NCBI GenBank assembly: GCA_963727525.1
Contig: CAVSGO010000003.1
Location: 416,001-480,000 of the forward strand
Length of the DNA: 64,000 bases
Direction of reading: 5' to 3'
Source of the DNA: an uncultured bacterium
GTDB lineage: Bacteria > Krumholzibacteriota > Krumholzibacteriia > LZORAL124-64-63
Position numbers and translations under genes: made by a program. Under the pieces are notes generated by a model. It saw nothing but the letters and a program-made list of their open reading frames with translations, was not told where the DNA came from and did no database searches. Shown here in pieces: positions 37,273 to 48,604 of this stretch (position 1 is its first letter; every line of letters starts with the position of its first letter).

Positions 37273-40200
37273 CTACCGGACCAGCACCATCTTCCTCTCT
37301 GCCACCCGGCCGCCGCTGCTGATGCGGCTGAGGTAGACGCCGCTGCCCACCGCGCGGCCGCCGTCGTCACGACCGTCCCAGCCGATGGTGTGGGGGCCGG
37401 CGGCCGTCGTGCCCGTGAGGAGCGTCCGTACCTTGCGGCCCTGCAGGTCGTAGATCACGAGCGTGACCGGGGCGGCCTGGGGCAGGTCGAAGTGGATGCG
37501 CGTTTCGGCCTGGAAGGGGTTGGGGCGGTTCGGGTACATCGCGAAGCGTGGGGGCGGGGTCAGGCTCGGCTCGGCATCGGGCGCGCCGGTGGGGAAGTCC
37601 TGCACCGTTACCCAGATGGGGTCGGCGGCGTCGGCGCCAGCACTGGTGCCGAGGCGGCCGTCGTCGCCGTTGGTCGTGAGGTCGCCCGCCACCTGGCCCG
37701 TGCCCTCGTTGAGTTGCCAGTAGGCGACAAGGCCGCTGTCGGGCGTCGCGTAGTAGGCCTCGGGGAGCTGCCGGTTCATGTTGGTCACGATCTCGGCGGC
37801 AGAGCGGGCGCGGTTCCAGATGCGCACCTCGTCGATCACGCCGTCGAAGACGCGGGTGGGGTTGCTCTGGGAGTCGCCTAGCCACAGGTTCACATTCGCG
37901 TCGGCGATGCTGAAGGTGCCGGCGGCCTGGGCGACCCGGTTGCCGTCGATGTAGAGGCGCATGGTGGCGCCGTCGTAGGTGCCGGCCACGTGGGTGAACT
38001 GGCCCGTGGTCATGGCGCCCACCGGCGACGTGATCTCGTGCCACGTGCCCGAGCCCAGGTTGAAGCTGAGCTGGCCGTTGTTGCCGGCGCGCAGCATGTA
38101 GCCGTTGTCGGTGCCGCCGCCATTCTGCTCCTTGTTGACGATCGAGCCTTCCCAGACGTTCGGCTTCCAGCTCTCGGCGCGAATGAGGGCCTCGACGGTG
38201 AGACCCGTGCCCGTGAGGCGCAGCGAGGCGCCATTGCCGCAGTCGACGAGGTCGTCGTTGCCGTCGAAATCGAGGGCGTACGCCGACGTGTCGGCGAATG
38301 TGCTGCCCGTGGTGAACGACCACTCGGTGCCCGTGGTGGTGCCGACGTCGTTCACCTCGTCGATGCGCCAGTGATATGTGGTGAAGGCATCGAGGTCGCC
38401 GGGATGGAAGATCGTGCCTGCCTGGTTGCCGGCGAAGGGTGGCGGCGACGCGGTGCCGAAGGAGATGTCGTGCGAGTCGGCGTAGTTTCCCGGCGTCCAG
38501 CTCAGCGCCGCGTTGCGCGGCACGCCGATCGCACCGTCGGCCGGATCAGGATCCGCGGCCATCTCCGGTGCCGGAGTCCACAGGAAGGTCACCAGCGCGT
38601 GGTGCGACGGGGCGAAGTCGGGTCCCACGGCCTCCACCTCCACGGTCACCAGGCTGTCACCCGCCGCGTGCGGCAGATAGGGCACGAAGTAGGCGTCGTT
38701 GGGTGTGCCGCCGAGGTAGGTGAGGCTGAGATCGGGGTTACGCCGGTAGACGTCGTAGTACCTCACATCCGAGGACGAGTGCGTCCACCGCAGCCGCAGC
38801 GTGACGAAACCGTCCTCGTCGGTGCGGTGCGCGATCGTCAACCCCGTGGGCGGCGCCGGCGGTGCGAGCGCGCCGTCGGTGAGCGCCAGACGCCCGATCT
38901 TCATGGTGTATCCGACCTGCCCGCTGGCCGTGAAGGCGAGCCCCAGCGCGAGGATGCGGTCACCCGCATGCGCGCGCAGGTCCACCGTGGTCGTGTTCCA
39001 GCCGATCGACGTGGCGTCGCCGACCTCGTAGGTGACGAACGACTGCGGATCCGACGCCAGCGCGACGGCGAGCTGCATGTGAGTGGCTCCCACGGCCCCG
39101 GACTTGAAGACGACACTCGCCTGTGTAGCGGCGGATACCGGCAGGTCGGTCTTGTACAGCTTGATCAGGTTTTCGGCCGTGAGGTCGCCGGAGATCTTCA
39201 GGCAGTTGCCTCCGTGGTAGGCGTCGGTCCAGTCCATCTCGGGATAGAGCTTGGCGCCGGCGCTCTCCACCACCCAGCGCCACGTGGGCAGCACGTCCTG
39301 CAGCCCGATGTTGTTCCAGCCGTCGGTGCCCCAGCCGTCGGGCGAGAGCCGCGCGCCGTCGATGAAGAAGTCATACCCCTGGCCGGTGCAGAAGTTGGTG
39401 ACGAAGGGGTAGTCGTTGATCACCGACTTCGCGGGCACGTAGTGGGCCAGTCCCTTCCACGAACTGGTGGTGGACGTGTTGCTGGGATCGCGATTGGCGC
39501 CGACCCAGAAGCGATTCGCCCGCGCGTAGAAGTCCTGCACGCCCGAGGAGGAGTGATACGTCCAGCTCGGCACGTAGAGACCGAGAGACGTCACGTGAGG
39601 CAGGCCCTCGGGAAAGACACCCGCCCAGTTGACGAAGGTGTTGTAGCCGTTGGCCTGCGTGTCGACTCCGGCAAACAGCTCGAACTCGCTCCGACCCAGG
39701 CTGCGGGCATGGGTGCGCGACGACTGCAATCCGCTTGCACTCCACCCGAAATCGAGAAACATGTCCTCGGACACCAGCGTCGATCCATCCTGGAAGAATC
39801 GATCGTTGGCCGCGTCGAGCTGCTCCTGCCAGGCGATCGATCCGCTCTCCGTCATGGCGTCGTACCACATGAGCTGCAGGTCGCTGTGCGCCTGGTAGTA
39901 CTCCATGAATGCGATGATCTGGTCGGCCAGCGCGGCGTTGCCGCCCCCCGTCTCCTGGTTGACGAAGTAGCCGTCGAACCCGTAGTACTGCGCCACCTCG
40001 ATCAGCTTGTCCGCCACGGGATACCCGTTGACCCCCTGTTGCACGAGGTCGTACACCCACTGGATGTTCCCGCCGTAGACGTTGGGCGGAAAGAAGATCG
40101 TCCCCAGCACGGGGACACCGTTGCGATGCGCGGCGTCGACCACGCCGGGATTGGGCGCAAGGATGAGCCCTTCGCCGGCCGACCCGCCCCAGAACACGAG

Positions 40201-40601
40201 CACGTCGGCGTACTGCCAGTAGTTGAACGCGAAGGAGTTGACATCCAGCCCCCCTGCGACGGGTTCCCCGACGTTGCCCAGAAGATGTCGAGCGGTGAGA
40301 TCCGCGCCTCGTCCGGCCGCGCGTGGGTGTTGACCTGGATGGCATTGAGAAAACGGTCGCGCAGCGGGGTGTGGCTGCGGTTGTACGCGGCGTCGGAATC
40401 GCCCGCGGGCGTCCAGGTGAGCAGATCGTTCGGGAACCAGTAGGAGGTGAAGGGCTGGTCGGAGGGGAGAGGCCGGGCCAGGACGGGAGAGGAGAACCGC
40501 GGTGCCGGCACCATTTCCGCGAGGGCCGGTACGGCCGCCAGCACGAGGAAGAGGACCGGGAGGATGAGGGCGAATCGCGCGAGTCGGCGGGGCATTGTCA
40601 T
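37273..40601 (-). CDS. GH85 endo-beta-N-acetylglucosaminidase + FN3 + LamG + sorting domain, interrupted by a 1-nt frameshift at 40249-40254
   Basis: YWQYAD, AAHRNGVPVLGT, YYGFDGYFVNQE and WYDAM motifs. LamG domain. PNPF tail. The signal-peptide ORF (start 40601, GGAGG RBS) joins the long frame at a G6 run. Confidence 0.82.
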
Positions 40602-40684
40602 CGGTCGGTCCTCCAGGAGCCAGAATGCGGACGGCAGGAAGATCGATTATAGCAGCCCGGCGCGATGAGTTCTCAGGAAAACAC

Positions 40685-41245
40685 CTACGGTGCCGCGCGC
40701 CAGTCTCGCGCCAGCAACCCGTAGAGCGCGCTGTCCGATACCTCGCCGCCGACGATCCACCGTTCTCGCAGGACTCCCTCCTTCTCGAACCCCAGCCGCT
40801 CCAGCGTCCGCGCCGACGCCAGGTTGCGCGGGTCGATATCCGCTTCCAGACGATTGAGATCGAGAACCTCGAACGCGTAACCAATCAGCCCCCCCAGCGC
40901 TTCCTGCATGTAGCCATGGCCCCACGCATCCGACGCCAGACAGTACCCGATTTCCGCCCGCCGACTCTGCGCGGAGAGGTTGAAGAGCGTGCACTGCCCG
41001 ATCAACCGCCCATCCTCGCGCCGCTCGATACCCAGCGTCAGGTATTCCCCCGCAGCGAACGCCGCGACGTGACGTGCCACGGCCTCGTGCGCCTGTTCGA
41101 GATCGGTCCACGCGGGGCCGCTCCAGTATCGCATCACCCGTGGATCGGCAAAGATGCCGAAGACCGCGTCGGCGTCGGCCTCGCGATGGAGGCGCAGCGC
41201 GAGCCGGGCCGTACACAGGGGGAGATTCGCAAAGACCATCGGCAT
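40685..41245 (-). CDS. RimJ/RimL-type GNAT acetyltransferase
   Basis: AEIGYCL...WGHGYMQEA and NLASARTLERLGFEKEG motifs. Confidence 0.9.
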   Translation of the reverse strand: MPMVFANLPLCTARLALRLHREADADAVFGIFADPRVMRYWSGPAWTDLEQAHEAVARHVAAFAAGEYLTLGIERREDGRLIGQCTLFNLSAQSRRAEIGYCLASDAWGHGYMQEALGGLIGYAFEVLDLNRLEADIDPRNLASARTLERLGFEKEGVLRERWIVGGEVSDSALYGLLARDWRAAP

Positions 41246-41407
41246 GCCCCCGGTCGGAGTGCCATGACCACGGATTTAAGTCCATGAAGAAACACGGCGA
41301 CGATTCACGCACAGATCCACGGTTTTGTCGAGTTCGGCACCCAACGATGTTGCGATGCAGGCCTTTTAGGTGAATGATACCGACCGAGTCATTTCGGGAG
41401 GAACGCT

Positions 41408-43198
41408 ATGGACGACGAGACCAAGAAGCCGCCGCATCCCCTGGGCGCGCTCGCCATCTCCTTGCTTGCCGTCTGTATCGGTGCGCTGTCGGGCCTCGGC
41501 GCGGTGGCCTTTCGCGGGCTCATCGCCCTCGTCCACAACCTCATGTTCCTGGGGACGTTCTCCACGTCGTTCGATGCCAATGTCCACACGCCGGCGAGTC
41601 CCTGGGGACCACTCGTGATTCTGGTCCCTGTGATCGGGGCGGCGGGGGTGGCGTACCTCGTACAGCGGTTCGCGCCCGAGGCCAAGGGGCATGGGGTGCC
41701 CGAGGTGATGGATGCGATCTACTACGAGCGCGGGGTGATCCGTCCGGTCGTGGCGTTGATCAAGTCGCTCGCGTCGGCCCTGTCCATCGGGACAGGAGGG
41801 GCCGTGGGGCGCGAGGGGCCGATCATCCAGATCGGGTCGTCGCTGGGGTCCACGCTCGGCCAGCTGCTCCGGCTCACGATTCGGCAGCGGGTGACGCTCA
41901 TCGCCGCCGGGACGGCCGGGGGTATCGCCGCCACGTTCAACACCCCCATCGGGGGGATTCTCTTCGCCGTCGAGATCGTGCTGCACGAGGTGGGCGTGCG
42001 CACGCTCGTCCCCGTGGCGGTGGCGACGGCGGCGGCAACTTACGTGGGCCGGCTGTTCTTCGGCGTCCATCCGTCATTCGTCATCCCCGCGCTCGAGACG
42101 ATCGACTTCCATCGCACCAATCTCTATGTCCTCCTCGCCTTTGTCGGACTGGGCGTGGTGGCGGGGGCGGTGTCGGCGCTGTTCATCCGGGCCATCTACG
42201 GCACCGAGGACTTCTTCGAGAAGCGCATCGGGGGCAGCTACATCCTGCGGCACATGGGGGGCATGCTGATCGTCGGCCTCATGATGTACCTCTCCTTCGT
42301 CTGGCTGGGGCACTACTACATCGAGGGCGTGGGCTACGCGACGGTGCAGGATGTGCTCACGGGCCAGCTCACCAGCCTCGGGATCCTGCTCGTGCTCTTC
42401 GTGCTGAAGCTGGCAGCGACATCGCTCACCCTGGGGTCGGGGGCGTCGGGGGGCATCTTCTCGCCGGCGCTGTTCCTGGGGGCGACGATCGGCGGAGCAT
42501 ACGGCGTGCTGTTGCAGCACCTGCTTCCCGGTGTGCCGGTCGATCCGGCGGCGTTCGCGGTGGCGGGCATGGCGGGCGTGGTCGGTGGTAGTACGGGGGC
42601 GGCGATCGCCGCGATCGTGATGATCTTCGAGATGACGCTCGACTACAACGTCATCATTCCCATGACGCTCACGGTGGCCATCGCCTACGGCGTCCGGCGC
42701 GTGCTGTGCCACGAGAGCATCTACACGATGAAGCTCACGCGACGCGGCCACACCATGCCCGACGCGTTGCAGGCCAACTTCACGCAGCGCCGGCAGGCGC
42801 GCCATCTCATGGACACGCACGTCGCCGTGGTGACGGCCGGGATGTCGGTGGACGAACTCGCGCAACTCGCGGATCAGCAGCCGCGAACGAACTGGTTCGT
42901 GGTGGCCGACGCGGGGCGTGTGACCGGCGTGGTGCCGCGGACAGTGCTGGGCAAGGATCTCGATGCCGACGTGGCACACGGCACGGCGGCGGATCTCGCC
43001 ACGCGGAACTTCGCGGTGGCGCGTCCCGGCGCCAACCTCTTCGAGCTGGCGGGCGAGCTGCGAGGCGAGCGCGCCGACGTGGTGCTGATCTCCGACCGCA
43101 TCGCCGACACCCCGGCCGACGAGGTGCGGGGCGTGGTCACGCGCACCCAGGTGAGCAGCCTGCTCTCGCAGACGGCGGACCTATTCGCGGAGAGCTGA
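41408..43198 (+). CDS. ClC chloride channel/antiporter with C-terminal CBS pair
   Basis: GHGVPE, GREGP, FNTPIGG and GGIFSP motifs. Confidence 0.92.
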   Translation: MDDETKKPPHPLGALAISLLAVCIGALSGLGAVAFRGLIALVHNLMFLGTFSTSFDANVHTPASPWGPLVILVPVIGAAGVAYLVQRFAPEAKGHGVPEVMDAIYYERGVIRPVVALIKSLASALSIGTGGAVGREGPIIQIGSSLGSTLGQLLRLTIRQRVTLIAAGTAGGIAATFNTPIGGILFAVEIVLHEVGVRTLVPVAVATAAATYVGRLFFGVHPSFVIPALETIDFHRTNLYVLLAFVGLGVVAGAVSALFIRAIYGTEDFFEKRIGGSYILRHMGGMLIVGLMMYLSFVWLGHYYIEGVGYATVQDVLTGQLTSLGILLVLFVLKLAATSLTLGSGASGGIFSPALFLGATIGGAYGVLLQHLLPGVPVDPAAFAVAGMAGVVGGSTGAAIAAIVMIFEMTLDYNVIIPMTLTVAIAYGVRRVLCHESIYTMKLTRRGHTMPDALQANFTQRRQARHLMDTHVAVVTAGMSVDELAQLADQQPRTNWFVVADAGRVTGVVPRTVLGKDLDADVAHGTAADLATRNFAVARPGANLFELAGELRGERADVVLISDRIADTPADEVRGVVTRTQVSSLLSQTADLFAES

Positions 43199-43212
43199 CC
43201 TCCGGATGGTTC

Positions 43213-43242
43213 GAGGCCCCGGCCGTCGCCGGCCGGGGCCTC
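43213..43242. terminator. Strong hairpin between convergent genes
   Basis: gaggccccggccg-tcgc-cggccggggcctc, a perfect 13-bp stem. Confidence 0.65.
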
Positions 43243-43267
43243 TTCGTCCACGCCTGACGGCCAGGCA

Positions 43268-46165
43268 TCACTTCACGAGCACCATCCTGCGCACCAGCGT
43301 CGCGGCGCCGGAGTCGAGGCGGTAGAAATACGCGCCCGAGGCCACCTGGCGGCCACCGGCGTCGTGACCGTTCCAGACCACGCTGTGGGCGCCGGCCGGG
43401 AGCGTGCCGTCGATGAGCTGGGCCACGCGGCGGCCGTCGATCGTGTACACGGCCAGCGACACGTTCGTCTCGCGCGGGAGCGAGAAGGCGATGGTCGTGG
43501 ACGGGTTGAATGGGTTGGGGTGGTTCTGATCCAGGGCCACCACCGGGGAGACGGCGGGTATGCCGTCGCCCACGGCCGTGGGGTCGAACCCGTTGAAGAC
43601 CTCGATGGCGAAGTCGTCGATGCCCGCTTCCACCAGCCCGCCGGAGTTGAGATCGCAGGCGAGGAAGCGCACCATCACCTGATCAGTGAGCGCGAAACCG
43701 GGTAGTGTGCCCAGGTCCACGGCCACCTTCTGCCACGAGTTCTGGATATCCGTCACCCGCTCCAGCTCGGTCCAGGTGGCGCCGCCATCGTCGGAGGCCT
43801 CGACGACGAAGTCATCGTCGATGGACAGGCCGCCCTCGCCGTACCAGCGCCAGTAGGTGACGAAGGCGCGGTCATAGGCGGAGAGGTCGAATGTCGGGCT
43901 GATCAGCGTGGTGCAGCCGCCGTCGACGTCCTCGTCGCCGGCCGCGCCGCCCACGGTGCCGTTGCCGGTGACGAAGCAGGCCACGCCGGGGTCGGGCGTG
44001 TGGTCGTCCTCAGGCTGCATCGCCACGCCGTTGTATTCCGTGCCCACCGGATCGGCGCGGACCCAGATGCCGCTGGTCGCGGCATCCCCGGCGGCGCCGA
44101 GCTGCCAGTCGGGATCGCCCGGATCCTCGGCCTCGTACGAGTACAGCGACGCGGTGATCAACAGCGTGTAGACATCGGCCGGGGCGCCGGCGGGCGAGGT
44201 GGAGTCGAGACCCGCGCCGTCCGTGGCGGACACGTAGTAGTCGATCTGCGTGTCGGCTGGCTGGGCCGGGATGTCGGCACTGTAGGTGCCGCTGCCGGTC
44301 ATGGGTTCGGTCATCCACGCGGAGGCGCCAGTGCGGTAATTCAGCACCACGTTCGCCACGCCGCTGAAGTCGGCGACGTCGGCCGTGATGGTGTTCGGCC
44401 CGGCGGTTTCCGGCGCAGTGATCGGCTGACTCACGTTGGTGATGGAGGGGCCGGCGATGTCGACCAGCGAGACGTCCTGGGTGGTCTCGGCGTTCTCGCC
44501 AATCACCACGGGAACTGTCTGAGGGGCGAAACCGTCGAGCGAGAATACCGCGTCGTACATGCCGGGCGCGGCATGACCGGAATACTGGCCGGCCGCGTTG
44601 GACGTATAGTGGTAGAACGTGCCCGCCAGCTCGACGCGCGCGCCGGGCAGCGGGGTGCCGCCGCCCGAGGCGTTGGTGATCGTGCCGGCCAGGGTTCCGA
44701 AGCCGTTCATGGCTGCTTCCACGGCCAGGCGTGCATTGACGACGCCCCAGCCGAAGGTGTTGTCCTCACCGGTGGCACCCTCGTCGACGGCCGTGTCCAT
44801 GAGGATCTGCTTGATGAGGTCGACCTCGAGGTTCGGGTTGGCAGAGCGCATGAGTGCCACCACGCCGGCCACGTGCGGGCCGGCCATGGACGTGCCGCTC
44901 ATGAACGTGTAGCCGCCGTTGTTGTACGAGCTGTACACATCCACGCCGGGCGCGGAGACCTCGGGCTTGATGGCGGCCGCAGGCGGCACCAGCGGGCACG
45001 TGGTGGGGCCGCGGCTGGAGAAGCTCGCGATCGGCCAGGGGGCGCTGTAGTTCGTCGCATCGATCGCGCCTACGGAGAAGCAGTTGTAGATGGTGGCGGC
45101 GCGATCGGCGGGCGAGCGCAGAGTGCCTGACGACGGTCCCTCGTTGCCGGCCGACCAGGTGACGCACACGCCGGCGGCCTCGCAGTTGTCGATGACGGCC
45201 CACCAGCGGCTGTCGCAGTCGTTGTAGCCGCTGAAGCCCTCGTTCACGCCCCAGGAGTTCTGCACGACGTCGGGTACGTCGTCGATGGTGTTCGGATCTC
45301 CATCGGGGTCGGCGAACCACTGGAAGCAGTGGATGACGTCGTTGTCGAACTCGGTGCCGGTGTTCTGATCGATGGGGTTGGCGGCGATCCACATGGCGCC
45401 GGGCGCCACGCCGATGGTGTCGCTGGCCGTCTGGCCGCACATGGTGCCGACGGTGTGGGTGCCGTGGCCATAGTTGTCCACGGGGAACGTGGGGCCGGTG
45501 CCGAGCACGTCGAGCCAGCACTCGGCCGCGGGCGCCACGGTGCCGCGCCAGCGCGATGCCAGGGCGGCGTGACTGCCCATCACGCCGGTGTCGCAGGAGC
45601 CGATGATGGCGCCGGATCCGTCCACGCCCAGCTCGTTCCACACCTCGGGCGCATGGATGGCCTCGAGGCCGGGGGTGATGCCGAGACGATCGAGCGACTC
45701 ACCGTCGCCGGCGGAGTGCACGTCGGTCGGCCGGATCAGCTCCGGCACGAAGTTGATTTCGACCCAGGCCACGTCGGCGCGGTCGGCGATACGCCGGATC
45801 TCGTCGGGGAGGGCATAAACGATGACCATGTTCGAGATCCAGTAGCTCGTATATCCGAGCACGCTGCCATCGCGCCGATCGGTGGCAAGATCGGTCAGGA
45901 GCAGGTCCTGACTCCGCGCGGCGTCGCGCAGGGCGTTGATGATGGTCTGGTGCCGGAACGCCCGGGTGGCGCGGCTGGCGGAGAGGTTGTGGGAGATCTG
46001 GGTGACGGGGGCCTGGTCGACCATGTGGACGATCACGCTCACCGGCTGGTCGGCCGACGTGCCGGCCAGCACCTCCAGGAGGGCGGGATCGATATCCCCG
46101 GCCACCGCGACCGAGGCCAGGGCGGCGGTCGCGAGGATCAGGATGAGAGTGAGAGCCTTGTGCAC
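43268..46165 (-). CDS. S8 subtilisin-like (bacillopeptidase F-like) serine peptidase with accessory domains and sorting domain
   Basis: DTG, HGTHTVG and GTSMAGPHVAG catalytic triad. GTG start with AAGGAG RBS. QNHPNPFNP tail. Confidence 0.9.
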   Translation of the reverse strand: MHKALTLILILATAALASVAVAGDIDPALLEVLAGTSADQPVSVIVHMVDQAPVTQISHNLSASRATRAFRHQTIINALRDAARSQDLLLTDLATDRRDGSVLGYTSYWISNMVIVYALPDEIRRIADRADVAWVEINFVPELIRPTDVHSAGDGESLDRLGITPGLEAIHAPEVWNELGVDGSGAIIGSCDTGVMGSHAALASRWRGTVAPAAECWLDVLGTGPTFPVDNYGHGTHTVGTMCGQTASDTIGVAPGAMWIAANPIDQNTGTEFDNDVIHCFQWFADPDGDPNTIDDVPDVVQNSWGVNEGFSGYNDCDSRWWAVIDNCEAAGVCVTWSAGNEGPSSGTLRSPADRAATIYNCFSVGAIDATNYSAPWPIASFSSRGPTTCPLVPPAAAIKPEVSAPGVDVYSSYNNGGYTFMSGTSMAGPHVAGVVALMRSANPNLEVDLIKQILMDTAVDEGATGEDNTFGWGVVNARLAVEAAMNGFGTLAGTITNASGGGTPLPGARVELAGTFYHYTSNAAGQYSGHAAPGMYDAVFSLDGFAPQTVPVVIGENAETTQDVSLVDIAGPSITNVSQPITAPETAGPNTITADVADFSGVANVVLNYRTGASAWMTEPMTGSGTYSADIPAQPADTQIDYYVSATDGAGLDSTSPAGAPADVYTLLITASLYSYEAEDPGDPDWQLGAAGDAATSGIWVRADPVGTEYNGVAMQPEDDHTPDPGVACFVTGNGTVGGAAGDEDVDGGCTTLISPTFDLSAYDRAFVTYWRWYGEGGLSIDDDFVVEASDDGGATWTELERVTDIQNSWQKVAVDLGTLPGFALTDQVMVRFLACDLNSGGLVEAGIDDFAIEVFNGFDPTAVGDGIPAVSPVVALDQNHPNPFNPSTTIAFSLPRETNVSLAVYTIDGRRVAQLIDGTLPAGAHSVVWNGHDAGGRQVASGAYFYRLDSGAATLVRRMVLVK

Positions 46166-46359
46166 AGGGGTCTCCTTCCGGCATGAGCGTACGTGAAACA
46201 CGGAGGATGGGTGCGAATTATACCACGAACGGGCAGATAATGTGAGGAAAGGCTGTTTTCGGTGGCCTTGCCTCATTGAAGATTACCCCTATGCAACGCC
46301 GCGATTCCTTTGTATCATCATTGGTCCAGCTGGGCTCTCACTTTCCTGGGGGTTGGTCC

Positions 46360-46797
46360 GTGGCGATCTCGCGCAGGTACTTTGCTGACGAGGACTTCGT
46401 CCTGACCTGGATCCACGGGTCAGTGGACGATCTGCAGCTCCACGAGCACGTCATCGCGCTCAACCAGGAAAGCCGGGCGATGGGGGCGTTCAGCGAGCTT
46501 GCCGATTGCCGCGACGTGGAAGATTTCGAGGGCATCACCAATCAGGGCATGGTGATCGCGGCGCAGCTCGAGTCGTTCCGGCCGACCAGCCGCCGCGGGC
46601 AGCTCGCCATCGTGGTGCGCGAGCCCGAGCACCTGACCATCGTGCGCATCTACCAGGCCGTGTGCGAGGGATTCCGGCGGGCCGTACTGGCCACCCTCGA
46701 CTACGACGAGGCCCTCGCCTGGCTCGCCGTCGGCAGCCTCGCCGACTCCATCCAGAGCTACAAGCTCGACGCCATGAACGCAGGCGGCCGCCCCTGA
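46360..46797 (+). CDS. Hypothetical protein, possibly STAS/SpoIIAA-like
   Basis: ELADCR...LAIVV...DYDEALAWL pattern. Start codon uncertain. Confidence 0.55.
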   Translation: MAISRRYFADEDFVLTWIHGSVDDLQLHEHVIALNQESRAMGAFSELADCRDVEDFEGITNQGMVIAAQLESFRPTSRRGQLAIVVREPEHLTIVRIYQAVCEGFRRAVLATLDYDEALAWLAVGSLADSIQSYKLDAMNAGGRP

Positions 46798-46834
46798 GGA
46801 GCGGCCGCCAGTCGTGTGAACGAGATGCTGCCGG

Positions 46835-48415
46835 CTAGTGCTTGGCCGGAAGCATCGCCTTGCCATCGAGCGAATTGTGCTCGAAGCGCATGGCGTTGGT
46901 GATCGTGATCCCGTTACCCACGCTCCACGCGAAGTCGAAGACGTGCCAGTACTCGGGATCGGCCGAGCCCGTGGCGTCGGCCACGTGGTAGACGCGGGTC
47001 TGGCCATCGATCTCCAGGGTCACCGTGGCACCGGAGTCCACCAGCGGGTACTCGTCGTTCCCGCTGTAGTTGTGCACGTAGTAGCTGTACGTGCCCTGGT
47101 AGAACTCGAAGCCGGAGATGACCTCGGGGCCGTATGACGTGACATCGTCGGTGTCCAGCGCCGTATAGGGGTTGTCGATGAGCGTCCCCGGGTGGCTGTA
47201 GTACACCTCGTAGTAGTCGCTGGACGGATCCCAGGTCGCCGGGATCCAGAGATGCGAGTCGAGGTCAGACGGTTCCGCACCCCATTGCAATGTGATCGAG
47301 AAGGCCGGTTCGAGCAGGACCAGCGGGCTGCTGATCGTGGTGGGGCAGTCGGCGAGCGTGACATCGATGTAGTCGCTGGCGTAGCTGCCCTTCACCGCGC
47401 GAACGCGGAAACCCTCATTCACGATACCCCGCACCGAGAAGTGCCCGCTCGCATCGGTGTAGGCCTCGTCGGCGATCGCGGTGGCGACCCCCTCGGAGAT
47501 CACGCGCGCCTGGGCGATGGGATGACCGCTGTCGTCGGCGACCGTGCCCTCGATGCGACAGATCGACTCGACCGCCACGTCCCAGTTCCAGGTGGTGAAG
47601 TGGGTGACATCGGCCTCGTAGACGCTGCCGTTGAGCGTCGCCGTGCCTTCCTCGACCCAGGTGCCGGTCTCGGTGTCGAAGTACCACATGGGCAGTGTGT
47701 CAGGGGCGAGGGCCTTGAGGCCGGAACCCACGGACATACGCAGGGTCGCCGGATGATCTTCGGCCAGGAACAGCGGTGCCGATTTGTTGGCGTTCATGAT
47801 GGACACGTCCATGAAGCCGAAGCTCGCCAGCATCACGGTGCTGCCGTCGGTGCGCTGACCCTCGAAATCGCCGGGGAAGGCGCCATAGAAACCGGCATCG
47901 CCCGGCATCATGCCGGCGATCTCCACCGTCACCTGGCCCGCGTACGGGCTGCCGCTGCCATCAACGAAGGCGTTGGCATCGAAGGTGACGCTGGCGTCAC
48001 CGCCGAGGATGCTCACGTTGCCACCGGTGGATGCGTCCACTTCCTGCGTCTGCACGCCGAGCATCGCCACGTCGAGCAGATGGGTGGTCTGGTTCGCCAG
48101 GACCGTCGCCGTCTGGTAGCCGACGATGTATCCGGCCTGCGTGAAGCTCAAGATCGCCGTGCCTGGAGCGATGTCCGTGAGGACGAAGTAACCGTCCTGG
48201 TTGGTCGTCGTGATATGCGACGTGCCGGTTGCCACAACCACGCCGTCCAGCGGATTGCCGGCGGCATCGCTCACGACGCCCGACACCGTACCGTTGTGAT
48301 TCGTCACGGGGGGAGGGGTGATGGTATTGTCATTGTTGTCGTCGCCGCCGCATCCCGCCGCGAAGGCGAGTAGGAGGGCAAGGGCGATGGTCAGGAAGGG
48401 CTTGGACCTGTTCAT
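46835..48415 (-). CDS. Lipoprotein with carboxypeptidase-regulatory-like beta-sandwich domains and a YfaP-like C-terminal domain
   Basis: AAGGAG RBS and lipobox AAGC. VTHFTTWNWD and LQWGAEPSDLDSH...LDTDD...YGPE motifs. Confidence 0.75.
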   Translation of the reverse strand: MNRSKPFLTIALALLLAFAAGCGGDDNNDNTITPPPVTNHNGTVSGVVSDAAGNPLDGVVVATGTSHITTTNQDGYFVLTDIAPGTAILSFTQAGYIVGYQTATVLANQTTHLLDVAMLGVQTQEVDASTGGNVSILGGDASVTFDANAFVDGSGSPYAGQVTVEIAGMMPGDAGFYGAFPGDFEGQRTDGSTVMLASFGFMDVSIMNANKSAPLFLAEDHPATLRMSVGSGLKALAPDTLPMWYFDTETGTWVEEGTATLNGSVYEADVTHFTTWNWDVAVESICRIEGTVADDSGHPIAQARVISEGVATAIADEAYTDASGHFSVRGIVNEGFRVRAVKGSYASDYIDVTLADCPTTISSPLVLLEPAFSITLQWGAEPSDLDSHLWIPATWDPSSDYYEVYYSHPGTLIDNPYTALDTDDVTSYGPEVISGFEFYQGTYSYYVHNYSGNDEYPLVDSGATVTLEIDGQTRVYHVADATGSADPEYWHVFDFAWSVGNGITITNAMRFEHNSLDGKAMLPAKH

Positions 48416-48604
48416 ACGGATTTTCTCCTTGAAGACAGCCCGCTGGGCCTCTGGCATCGAGGCGAGAGTACGACGATCGGCTAAAAACAACGATTCTCAA
48501 GTAGATTTTACATTCCGGCCGATCGAGGCCTGCGGAGACCCGGTGCCGCGTTATCATGACGGAGTGTCGTGCTCTTCCTGGTGATTGCCCGCAGGAGGCT
48601 TGCC

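Noticed and set aside
41246-41407. Fluoride riboswitch / CLC-F exporter
   Set aside because: No crcB-motif sequence is recognisable, and the protein has GREGP and GHGVPE rather than CLC-F signatures.
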